From contig CAYTYP010000022.1 in the NCBI GenBank assembly GCA_964441405.1, positions 3,569 through 67,568 on the forward strand: DNA of 64,000 nucleotides. The letters run 5' to 3'. Position 1 is the first letter of the stretch, and each line of letters begins with the position of its first letter. The position numbers and the translations under genes were made by a program. This stretch comes from an uncultured Acidobacteriota bacterium. GTDB lineage: Bacteria; Acidobacteriota; UBA6911. Shown one piece after another: positions 1 to 8,437 of this stretch. The notes below the pieces were generated by a model. The model ran no database searches, was not told the origin of the DNA, and saw only the letters and a program-made list of their open reading frames with translations.

Positions 1-94
1 AGTACGCGCCTCAAAATAGCAGCGACTTCAAAGCTGCAGGTTGTAAAATCCGATGTGTGCTGATCTGTAACCCGGTTGCAGAACCTTATTTAAA

Positions 95-343
95 GTGCAT
101 GGCCGATTGTCCATCTATAATGGCAGCGCGGTCCGACGAATTTGGATCATCGGAACCAGGCGGATGCTTGGAATACGAGACGACACCGAATTGCCGGCAA
201 ATTTGGCCAGGCTGCTTGGTGACTTCGATACGGAGGTTTATGGCGACTTCATGGTTTGTCCGCTGACCAAATTCAAAACCGGTTCCATGCAAATTATCTG
301 CGTGCAATCTGCCTATAACCTCAGATCCCGAAAAAGAAACTAG
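95..343 (+). pseudogene. possible 3' remnant of a class I SAM-methyltransferase-like gene
   Basis: The ORF ends in LARLLGDFDTEVYGDF..PL....SMQIICV, resembling the EVYGDF-type C-terminus of some methyltransferases. Upstream frames are closed, so no intact gene is visible. Confidence 0.25.
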
Positions 344-375
344 GCCTCTAAAGGGGACAGTGGAGATACAGCTTC

Positions 376-699
376 TTATAGCTCCCTTAATTGTGATGTG
401 TCCGAAGGCCTGATACTGTTCCCGGCTGATGCCGACAGTGCGGGTGAGGTTAGGGAGTTGCGACTGACAACCATATCCGTAAAGTTGTCCCGAAGCGGCA
501 GATTAGTCGCGTCCGCTTCCAAAGCCAGCACGCGTCCACTTAATTTATTCTGCTCCACAAGCAGGTTGCACTGGCGCACGGATGCCGGATTGATATCCAC
601 GTTATAAATCTTTAGATCGGTTATTTTTGCCAGCTCCACGGCTAAGGAACCTTCCGCTCCTCCCAGATCAACAACGATCCCTTTAGTAATGCCATAATA
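376..699 (-). pseudogene. internal fragment of class I SAM-dependent methyltransferase (Methyltransf_11-like)
   Basis: Extending the 376..639 frame upstream gives YYGITKGIVVDLGGAEGSLAVELAKITDLKIYNVDIN...LEADATNLPLRDNFTDMVVSRNSL (motifs I, II, III). There is no start codon before the upstream stop, and similarity ends after SRNSL. Confidence 0.7.
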
Positions 700-761
700 T
701 TGAGGGCTTACGAATAAGTTAATAGTTGGAGATTCGGATATCTGCCGGCGCGAATGCTTAT

Positions 762-1432
762 TTATTTAGTTTGTTGCGCCTCTTTGGGCCTTACCGCTAT
801 GACCGGGACGGTAATGCCGTCAGGCGTAACAATGGTGAATCTTATTACAGATCCGGTGACTTCTCCCTTCCATACTGTTCTGTTGTTATTGCCGCGATCC
901 ACCAGGAAGTAAACATTGGTTCCATCGACCTTTCCTTCTATGATTTTCGCTGCTCCATGGGTTGGATTATTGGCCGTTCCTGTCAGCTTTGTTCCGTCAA
1001 CGTTAAGGTCCAGTTCAATGTCAACACTTGTGGTGCCCGCAATCCATTTTCCGGATATATCACGGATAGCTTCTTTCTGCCGCACCGCAATGATCTGTTT
1101 GGAGCCTCCCCCTCCAAAAATGGAGCGGGTGAACCGGATCACATCCCCTTCAACCTTCCCTTTCCACAATATTTTCGTTTCATTGTAGTTGTTCAGGCGC
1201 AACACAAAAAAGAGATGGTATCTCCATCGATTTTCCCGTCCTTGATTTTCGTATTTCCCAGCAAAGGATTTTCAATACTGCCCTTCAACTTATCTCCTTT
1301 TGCTTTGAAAACCATCACGAGGTCGTTGTCTTCAACAGCCGCAGTCCATTTTCCAGTAACATCAGCGGCAATAGCTGTCCCTGCCAGTGACAAAAAAGCT
1401 AAAAATCCAATGAAAGCAATTCGTTTATTCAT
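762..1432 (-). pseudogene. secreted protein with two tandem small beta-rich domains, split by a frameshift in a T6 run near 1206-1211
   Basis: Signal peptide MNKRIAFIGFLAFLSLAGTAIAA, then ADVTGKW...KIKDGKIDGDTISF. The protein continues in another frame as VLRLNN...WKGKVEGDVIRFT, and a second repeat DISGKW...KIIEGKVDGTNVYF...WKGEVTGSVIRFT follows. One extra T restores the frame. Confidence 0.75.
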
Positions 1433-1542
1433 AGAAGTCCATGATCTCCGTTGCGGATGTTTGTTCACTGCATTCTGTTCGTTGGCGTAGCATAAAAATA
1501 GCAAATTAGATTAAATCAACGCAAGCCCAATTTATTGCAAAT

Positions 1543-1562
1543 ATTTTACAGGATTTTACAGG
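1543..1562. repeat. tandem 10-mer ATTTTACAGG x2
   Basis: Read directly. A partial inverse (TCCTGT) follows at about 1600. Confidence 0.6.
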
Positions 1563-1830
1563 ACGCCCATTGTTCGAAACCGATATTGCTGCAGTGGATG
1601 TCCTGTTTTTTGAATTGAATAATCTGGCGAAATATAAAAGATATCTGCTTCAGGAAACCAATTTATTAGTTGTTCGGGGATCCATTGCTCCGATCATCAA
1701 AGGCATGGATGTCTATAATTCGCGCTATTGAAAAGATCTTCGGCGCCGCAATCTCCAGTGGCATTTCGAATCATCTGACAGACCCTGGTTCGGGATGGAA
1801 AAAGGGGCGGAAATCGGTAAGAATGGCGGC

Positions 1831-3042
1831 ATGTCCGGCTCGCGCTTTTTCGAATGGATTACGATCGGAACAGCTTTCATGATGCCGCTGGTCTTCTGGC
1901 CTGCAAGTCCGCAGCCTTTTTCCACCGCCAAGGATTGGCTGCTAGCCGCATGGGTGCTTGCAGGATTTGCTATTGCGAGCGTGTCCGGACAGATAAAGCG
2001 CAAAATTCCCTCCAATGCCATGGCGGCGGCAATCGTCTGGATCATTGCCCTGTCGCTGTCGGCCGGCGCCGGCGATGAGGCCTCGATCCGAGAGTTGATC
2101 CGAAATTTCCTTGTATGCGCCGGCTTTCTGCTGGTGCTGTGGAACGGACTTCAACCGCAGAGATTTGCGTTGGCGCTGGCTTCCGGGGGAACCATCGTGG
2201 CCGCGGTGGCGCTCCTGCAATGGATCGGGCTTGATCCATTTATGCTGCTGAATCTGACAGGATCGTTGCAGGGGAGTTCCAGGATTCGAATTTTTTCCAC
2301 ATTGGGGAATCCGAATTTTGTGGCAGCTCTGCTTACAGCTATTCTTCCGCTCACTATCTGCCTTCCGACTCCCGCAGGATTTTCCCGGCGAACGTGGCGC
2401 ATCTTTCAAACGACGTCCGGATTGATCCAGTTGTGCGCCATCATCGCAACCGGATCCCGTGCTCCAGTCCTGGGCTTTGCCGCAGCAGGCGCCTGGCTGT
2501 TGGCTTGCAGGGTGAAGCATCCTTTGCGATGGGCGGTATCGATTCCGGCGCTCTGCACCCTCTTGATAATACTTTCTCCAGCCCGTCCGCTTGGAAGGAC
2601 GATCGCGGGCCGGATCTACATTTGGCGAATCGCCTTTACGCATGCCGCTCAAATTCCACCGGCCGGCTACGGACCGGGCGCATTTGCATTACGCTTCGCT
2701 CAATGGGAAACGGACTACCTACGCACAAATCCCAAAAATCCGGAACTCTCATTTTCGGGATTTCAGGATCATGCGCATAACGATTATGTGGAATTTCTGG
2801 TTGATTATGGGATTGTAGGCCTCTGCGCCTTTGTCGCGGCAGTGGCGCTTACGGCGCCGCTTTTCCATTGCCGGGCGCGGCCGCTGCTGGAACAGGGGGT
2901 TGGGGCGTCCGTCCTTTCCATACTGGCGATCGCCATGGTGGATTTTCCTCTGCACCGGCCCGCGGAGCTGTATCTCTTCTGGACTCAGTTGGCAATTATG
3001 TGGATATTAGTAGATCGTAAAGCGCCTTTCCCGGGGAACTGA
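1831..3042 (+). CDS. O-antigen ligase / Wzy_C family membrane protein
   Basis: Many TM helices plus STLGNPNFVA, TGSRA, GYGPGAF and HAHNDYVEFLVDYGIVG motifs. Start placed at ATG 1831. Confidence 0.85.
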   Translation: MSGSRFFEWITIGTAFMMPLVFWPASPQPFSTAKDWLLAAWVLAGFAIASVSGQIKRKIPSNAMAAAIVWIIALSLSAGAGDEASIRELIRNFLVCAGFLLVLWNGLQPQRFALALASGGTIVAAVALLQWIGLDPFMLLNLTGSLQGSSRIRIFSTLGNPNFVAALLTAILPLTICLPTPAGFSRRTWRIFQTTSGLIQLCAIIATGSRAPVLGFAAAGAWLLACRVKHPLRWAVSIPALCTLLIILSPARPLGRTIAGRIYIWRIAFTHAAQIPPAGYGPGAFALRFAQWETDYLRTNPKNPELSFSGFQDHAHNDYVEFLVDYGIVGLCAFVAAVALTAPLFHCRARPLLEQGVGASVLSILAIAMVDFPLHRPAELYLFWTQLAIMWILVDRKAPFPGN

Positions 3043-3079
3043 TCGCCTTATGATTGGAAGAATTTTTATAGGAGGTTGA

Positions 3080-4030
3080 TTGATGCGAAGATGGCAAATT
3101 TTGAGTTTTCAGGTTGCGATGGGAATCCTGCTTCTCTGGGGAGTGACACACGCGGCTCTCAACAAATATCAACAGAAGGACCAGGCCATTCGAGAAGCGT
3201 GCAGGGCAGAGCGCGCCAAGATGACGCCACAGCAGCAAAAGCAGCTTGCATGCAACACTCCTGAAATCTCACTGGTATCAAAGGCTGCAGTCAAGCCGGG
3301 AGAAACGGTTGAAGTGGCAATCAACGGAAAATTTCCGGCCGGCACAAACTTCGTGTTCCAATCGGACAGCATTGAGGTTTTGAAGGAATCCATCAACGCC
3401 AATGCCTATCGTGCCACAATTAAGGTGGCTCCGGGCGGCGGTCCCAGAATCGTGTCCATCAATGCCATAACTCCCCTGTGCTGCAAAGGAGCCTATCTAT
3501 CTCATGCCTTGAGCATTACCGGAAAATATATCTGGGATTTTCAGGCTGCCAACGGCTGGAAGATAAAAGCCCAACCTTTGCCTCAAGATCCTTCCCGAGG
3601 TCAGGAACTACTGTACACGCTGGAGTTCTTCCGCGGCAACGAAACTGCACCGTTCGCCAAGCGGCGCGCCACTCTATATCCGGCTGAAGCTGATTCAAAC
3701 AGCTTATCTTTCTCAGTCAGCAATCAGGATGAATCGAGCATGAATGCACAGCAGCAGATAGAATCCATTACAAAACAGATTCAAAATCCCAATCTGTCGG
3801 ATGCCGACCGCGAGAAGCTGATGAAAAAGATGGAGGATGTCATGACTCAGATGACCCAAGGCATACAGGATCCGGGGTATATCAAAAAGCTCCAGGCCCA
3901 GGAGCAGGAATTCGGCTGCAATGGTCTTCACCTGAACATGCAGAATGGGACCATTACCGGAAATATGAACTGCAGCGAGAAAGTGGGCCGCAGCGTTGCA
4001 CTAACCGGCACAATGAAAATGCTGCCGTAA
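3080..4030 (+). CDS. exported hypothetical protein (Ig-like N-terminal part, helical C-terminal part)
   Basis: RBS AGGAGG, signal-peptide-like N-terminus, 316-aa clean ORF. No family recognised. Confidence 0.7.
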   Translation: MMRRWQILSFQVAMGILLLWGVTHAALNKYQQKDQAIREACRAERAKMTPQQQKQLACNTPEISLVSKAAVKPGETVEVAINGKFPAGTNFVFQSDSIEVLKESINANAYRATIKVAPGGGPRIVSINAITPLCCKGAYLSHALSITGKYIWDFQAANGWKIKAQPLPQDPSRGQELLYTLEFFRGNETAPFAKRRATLYPAEADSNSLSFSVSNQDESSMNAQQQIESITKQIQNPNLSDADREKLMKKMEDVMTQMTQGIQDPGYIKKLQAQEQEFGCNGLHLNMQNGTITGNMNCSEKVGRSVALTGTMKMLP

Positions 4031-4083
4031 AAATTCCGGAAAGATGAAAGAAAGGGCCATCATCATCCTGGAAAAAAAATGGA

Positions 4084-4131
4084 GACACCCATTTCCTTCA
4101 ACCTTCAAACAGGGGCAAACAGTGGGTGTCC
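4084..4131. repeat. GACACCCA...TGGGTGTC inverted-repeat element; related copy at 8325-8366
   Basis: Arms at 4084-4091 and 4123-4130. The 14-mer 4118-4131 is the exact reverse complement of 8325-8338. Confidence 0.6.
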
Positions 4132-4212
4132 CCGATCTTTTCCCCCTCACTATCTGGCAGCAGATCTCGAAATTAAAATAAGGTCGCTACCCTGATTTTT
4201 GGCAATAAAACG

Positions 4213-5268
4213 ATGAATATTATCGGGTGGGATATCGGGGCGGTAAATGTGAAGGCGGCATGGTTAGGTGAACAGGTTCGGATAGTTACACAGCCGCTGG
4301 AAATCTGGCAGGAAAAAAACCGATTGCCGGAAATATTGCGAACGGTCTACGAAGCCCTGTCTAAGGGCGCGCTTCCTCAGGCAATGGCTGTAACCATGAC
4401 CGCCGAATTATCCGATGCGTTTGACACAAAACGCGAGGGGGTGCTGTTTGTATTGGGATGTCTCGCAACCTGCTTCCCAAAACCGGCTAACTATTGTTTG
4501 AGCCTTTCGGGCGCCTTCATCCCTCTGAAGGAAGCGCAGGGACGGCCTCTTGAATTCGCCGCCGCAAACTGGCTTGCCTCCGCGCTCTGGATAGCGAAGC
4601 AATTTCCGAATTGCCTCCTTTTGGATGTTGGCAGCACCACAACCGACATCATCCCTATCCTGTATGGACAGGTTTGCGTCAGCAGGCGGACAGATCTGGA
4701 TCGCCTCTCTTCAGGCGAGTTGGTTTATACTGGCGCCCTGCGCACCAATCTGGCGGCTATGGTTCATTCTGCGCCCATCGCCGGGAAATCTTGCAGGGTC
4801 GCTTCCGAATACTTTGCCATCAGCGGCGACGTTCATCTGATACTTGGAAACTTGCCACCACAGGATTATACGTGTCCCACTCCCGATGGCCGGCCGCCTT
4901 CCGTCGCCTCCGCCCGCAAACGGCTTGCCCGACTGGTATGCGCCGATGATGAAATGCTTTCCACGGCTGAAATAGACGAACTGGCCCGATACATCTATGC
5001 GCAGCAACTCCTTCAAATTCAAAAAGGCATCGATCAGGTAATTTCCAGGTTTCCGGAATTGCAGACTCAGCCGGTTGTTATTTTAGGCGCCGGAGCTTTC
5101 CTGGGGAAAGCGGCGGCGGCAGGAATGGGATTGAAAATCCACGATCTGACAAAGAACTGGGGAGATGAGAAAGTGGCTGTGGCATCATGTCTGTCCGCAG
5201 CTCATCTGCTCTCCGAACATTTGCGATCCCCACAATCGTCATTCGTCAATCGTCAATCGCCACTATGA
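4213..5268 (+). CDS. mfnF: hydantoinase/oxoprolinase-like H4MPT-linked C1-transfer protein, methanofuran biosynthesis MfnF (orf9) homologue
   Basis: GWDIGAVNVKAA, AVTMTAELSDAF, AAANWLASA, LLDVGSTTTDIIP, TDLDRL..GELVYTGALRT and CTPDGRP motifs; adjacent to an MfnE-like kinase. Confidence 0.85.
   Translation: MNIIGWDIGAVNVKAAWLGEQVRIVTQPLEIWQEKNRLPEILRTVYEALSKGALPQAMAVTMTAELSDAFDTKREGVLFVLGCLATCFPKPANYCLSLSGAFIPLKEAQGRPLEFAAANWLASALWIAKQFPNCLLLDVGSTTTDIIPILYGQVCVSRRTDLDRLSSGELVYTGALRTNLAAMVHSAPIAGKSCRVASEYFAISGDVHLILGNLPPQDYTCPTPDGRPPSVASARKRLARLVCADDEMLSTAEIDELARYIYAQQLLQIQKGIDQVISRFPELQTQPVVILGAGAFLGKAAAAGMGLKIHDLTKNWGDEKVAVASCLSAAHLLSEHLRSPQSSFVNRQSPL
5233..5260 (+). repeat. heptamer CAATCGT x4 inside the mfnF 3' end
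   Basis: Reads caatcgt cattcgt caatcgt caatcgc. Confidence 0.85.
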
Positions 5269-5909
5269 ACCTGGATGCCGTAATAAAAATAGGAGGCAGC
5301 ATCAGCCGGGGTCCGGAGCTTCCGACTCTATGCCGGGAAATCGGTCGCCTGTCCAAGATCCATTCGCTGCTGATTGTACCGGGAGGAGGCAAGTTCGCCG
5401 ACCAGGTTCGAGAAGCTTATCGGCGCTATCGACTCAACGAAACCGCAGCGCATCACATGGCGTTGCTGGCCATGGATCAATACGGTTGCCTCCTGAATCA
5501 TCTGATCGAAGACAGCTATTTGATTTCCGATCCGTTTGTGGCCTCCCATATAGCTAAATCAGGCCGAACTGCAATATTGCTCCCTTCCAAAATTGTTTTT
5601 CGATTGGATCCTTTGCCTCATTCCTGGGAAGTTACTTCGGATGCCATCGCCGCCTGGATAGCGCAGTTGATCAATTGTTCTCGCCTGGTTTTGGCTAAAG
5701 ACGTTGATGGCTTGATGACCCCCGGGAATGAAATGATTGAGATACTATCGGTGGAATTATTGGCCAAACACTCCGGAGGAGTGGATGAGTATTTATCCCG
5801 GTTCCTGCCATCGACCCGGCTGGAGACCTGGATTATCAACGGCGCAAAGCCCGAGCGTTTATCGGAGCTATTGAAAATCGGCCGTACTAAAGGCACAAGA
5901 ATAGTGTAA
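5265..5909 (+). CDS. mfnE: amino-acid-kinase-family protein, methanofuran biosynthesis MfnE (orf21) homologue
   Basis: VIKIGGS, IVPGGGKFADQVR, AHHMALLAMDQYG, LPHSWEVTSDAIAAWIA and KDVDG motifs; ATGA overlap with the mfnF stop. Confidence 0.85.
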   Translation: MNLDAVIKIGGSISRGPELPTLCREIGRLSKIHSLLIVPGGGKFADQVREAYRRYRLNETAAHHMALLAMDQYGCLLNHLIEDSYLISDPFVASHIAKSGRTAILLPSKIVFRLDPLPHSWEVTSDAIAAWIAQLINCSRLVLAKDVDGLMTPGNEMIEILSVELLAKHSGGVDEYLSRFLPSTRLETWIINGAKPERLSELLKIGRTKGTRIV

Positions 5910-5940
5910 AGGATCAGCCTGGGAAAGCGGGCATATTATT

Positions 5941-5970
5941 GCAATATATACATCATGATGTATATATTGC
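5941..5970. repeat. perfect 30-bp AT-rich palindrome
   Basis: GCAATATATACATCATGATGTATATATTGC equals its own reverse complement. Confidence 0.95.
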
Positions 5971-6030
5971 TCCAGTAGGTCTGATTGCACGGCCCTCCGC
6001 TGAGCTCGTGCGTTATGTGTTTTTAAACCT

Positions 6031-6378
6031 ATGGCATTTTCGGAAATTGAAACGAAAATAATTGAGAAGGCAATGGCTGCATTCATGGAAAAGCGCAGAC
6101 CGCCGGCGCCTATCCGCTCAAAACTTGATCTTGGGTATCGCATTACTGGTCACAGCGTGGAGCTGTTTGAAATCCGTCCGAGATATGATAAGCCGGAAAT
6201 AATTTTAGAGCATGATTTTGCAAAGACAACCTATGTGCGTACGCAAAGGGTTTGGAAAGTTTTCTGGATGCGCGCAGATTTGAAATGGCACAGCTATGAG
6301 CCAGTTCCTGAAGTCGACAGCATCGAAAAGTTTTTGGAAATTGTAGGCCAAGACAAATATTCTTGTTTCTTTGGATAA
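6031..6378 (+). CDS. DUF3024 domain-containing protein
   Basis: RRPPAPIRSKLDLGYRI, ELFEIRP, WKVFWMRADLKWHSYEP and terminal CFFG are typical of the family. Confidence 0.85.
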   Translation: MAFSEIETKIIEKAMAAFMEKRRPPAPIRSKLDLGYRITGHSVELFEIRPRYDKPEIILEHDFAKTTYVRTQRVWKVFWMRADLKWHSYEPVPEVDSIEKFLEIVGQDKYSCFFG

Positions 6379-6397
6379 AATGCAATATGTCTACTGA
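6379..6397 (+). repeat. 19-bp direct repeat, left copy (right copy 11264-11282)
   Basis: AATGCAATATGTCTACTGA versus AATGCAATATGTCTGCTGA, 18/19 identical. Confidence 0.7.
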
Positions 6398-6419
6398 CCA
6401 CGCAACTCTGACGCGATTG

Positions 6420-6677
6420 TCAGGCGATTTTACTACAGTAGAAAGCAAGCAATGAAGAAATGTCCAACCGGTCGGGATTGTATTTGCATTCGATGGCATC
6501 GACCTTGTTTTCGCTGCGCCGGATCACAGACGGAAAGTCGCAGTTCAGATATACCGCTCCGGCGAACATACGGGCGAGCGTAGTTTTTCCGGCCCGCCGT
6601 TCTCCGGAAAGCCACTCAATCGGGCGCCGTTCCCATCCCTGCTCGATGCGCTGGATCCCAAAAGGCCGTGAAATCAT
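6420..6677 (-). pseudogene. AAA_14/DUF4143 ATPase remnant with a large internal deletion
   Basis: The N-terminal Walker A region (WLSGERRAGKTTLARM...YLNCD) is fused in frame directly to the C-terminal VDAIECK motif, only 85 codons in total. Confidence 0.75.
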
Positions 6678-6782
6678 AAAAAGCATATTTTACTAATGGC
6701 CGACCAAATGCATAATATGTTTCCATATAGAAATTGGACTTATCGTATCTAAATCAAACAGGCGTTGACAGCAGAGAACATC

Positions 6783-6817
6783 TGTGCAAATCCCATCTTT
6801 AACTTGCAATTTGCACA
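6783..6817. promoter_or_regulatory. 9-bp inverted repeat (TGTGCAAAT-N17-ATTTGCACA) upstream of the ATPase
   Basis: Read directly; ends 21 bp before ATG 6839. Confidence 0.5.
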
Positions 6818-6838
6818 AAACTGCGGCATCGTTTCAAA

Positions 6839-8014
6839 ATGATCACTCGAGACATTTCAGAAGAATTGGCTCGATGCGCCTCCGAATATCCCGTGGTGAC
6901 TATCCTGGGACCGCGCCAGTCGGGCAAGACCACGCTGGCACGAATGACGTTTCCGGACAAGCCGTACTATACTCTGGAGGACCCGGATATCCGCATGGCT
7001 GCGGAAGCTGATCCGCGCGGATTCCTGGATCAGCTGGGGGACGGCGGCATCCTGGACGAGGTGCAGCGGCTGCCGGCGTTGCTCTCCTACATTCAAGGCA
7101 TGGTCGACAGGTCAAGAAAGCGCGGACGATTTATTCTGACCGGAAGCCATCAGCCGCAGCTGCACGAGGCAATCAGCCAGTCTCTGGCGGGCCGGACCGC
7201 TATCCTGACTCTTTGGCCTTTCTCTCTTCATGAGCTTCGTCGCTATGAGCCGGTGAGGGATCCATACCACTTGATCTGCCGGGGATGTTTTCCCCGAATA
7301 CACGAAGAGGGGCTTGAGTCGCGCAGGTTTTTCAATTCCTACCTGCAAACCTATGTCGAGCGCGATGTGAGGGCATTGATCCAGTTGCGGGATTTGTCTC
7401 TGTTCCAGAAGTTTCTCACCTTGCTCGCCGGCAGAGTGGGACAGATCGTCAACCTGGCTTCGCTCGGCAACGATGTGGGTGCTTCAGGAACAACGATTGG
7501 AAACTGGCTTTCCGTACTGAAGGCCTCGTATATTGTGTTCGAGCTGCCGCCGTTTTTCGAGAATGTCCAAAAGCGCGTGATCAAATCCCCCAAGATATAT
7601 TTTACGGATATCGGTCTCGCGACTTTTCTACTGGGTATCCACACGGAGGAACAAGCGTCCCGCGATCCTTTGCGCGGCAATCTCTATGAAAACTTCATCA
7701 TAGCGGAAATCGTCAAATGCGCTCTCAACAAGGGGATCAGGCCGGAGATCTATTTTTTCCGCGACTCCCACGGCAACGAGGCCGATCTGCTCATCAGGGA
7801 AAAGGGAATGCTTACACCGATCGAGATCAAATCCGCCGGCACGTTTTCCCCTGATTTCACCAGGGGGCTTGAGTATTTTCAGCGGCTTAAAATCAAGAAA
7901 GTGGCCGCCAGCGCGGTCCTGTATAACGGCCGACGGCAATTTACTGTACGCAATATCCGCATTTTCGATCCGCTTTATGTTGATGATATCTGGGAGACTC
8001 TGACTGCCCCTTAA
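6839..8014 (+). CDS. AAA_14 ATPase with DUF4143 (PD-(D/E)xK-like) C-terminal domain
   Basis: Walker A GPRQSGKT, Walker B ILDEVQ, FILTGS, SLAGR, KSPKIYFTDIGL and EADL...PIEIK motifs. Confidence 0.92.
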   Translation: MITRDISEELARCASEYPVVTILGPRQSGKTTLARMTFPDKPYYTLEDPDIRMAAEADPRGFLDQLGDGGILDEVQRLPALLSYIQGMVDRSRKRGRFILTGSHQPQLHEAISQSLAGRTAILTLWPFSLHELRRYEPVRDPYHLICRGCFPRIHEEGLESRRFFNSYLQTYVERDVRALIQLRDLSLFQKFLTLLAGRVGQIVNLASLGNDVGASGTTIGNWLSVLKASYIVFELPPFFENVQKRVIKSPKIYFTDIGLATFLLGIHTEEQASRDPLRGNLYENFIIAEIVKCALNKGIRPEIYFFRDSHGNEADLLIREKGMLTPIEIKSAGTFSPDFTRGLEYFQRLKIKKVAASAVLYNGRRQFTVRNIRIFDPLYVDDIWETLTAP

Positions 8015-8287
8015 GAAAAGGGTAAGCCCTAACCAGCATTTCTACTAGGCTTTCTACTGCTGCGGCGGATTCGGGCATGTCTGCTGCGAAAGATTTGGCG
8101 CAAACGGCGAGCCCGATTGCATTCGGAAGTTTATGAGGCAGCTGCTTGGGAGAATTCATAGCCGCTAGGCAGATTGTGCTACCTATCCTTCACTAAATCA
8201 TCTCCGTCCGCCACAAATTATGGAAATGGATGACGCCTGTAGCGATCATCTGCACATCGACCACAACCAAGCTCGTGATCTTCAGTC

Positions 8288-8312
8288 TATAGGAAGGATA
8301 AGCCGCGTCTTT
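8288..8312 (+). repeat. 25-bp perfect direct repeat, copy 1 (copy 2 at 11200-11224)
   Basis: TATAGGAAGGATAAGCCGCGTCTTT occurs at both positions. Confidence 0.9.
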
Positions 8313-8389
8313 GAGCTTAATCGTGGACACCCACTGTTATTCCAAAATTATCAATCAATGGGTGCCCAAGATTAACCTTATGACATATC

Positions 8390-8431
8390 CATGAAATATC
8401 GGAGTGCGACTCCGAGATTTCATGGTAAAAT
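8390..8431 (+). promoter_or_regulatory. 16-bp-arm palindrome overlapping an extended -10 element (TGGTAAAAT)
   Basis: CATGAAATATCGGAGT-gcg-ACTCCGAGATTTCATG (15/16 paired). TGnTAAAAT at 8423-8431 lies 6 nt before ATG 8438, and there is no RBS. Confidence 0.6.
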
Positions 8432-8437
8432 CAGCCT

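Noticed and set aside
3-266. Cys-rich open frame at the window start as a ferredoxin or selenoprotein
   Set aside because: There is no CxxCxxC pattern or recognisable domain, and the coding frame here cannot be decided.
726-1490. 254-aa plus-strand ORF
   Set aside because: It is the antisense shadow of the frameshifted secreted-protein gene and has no recognisable motifs.
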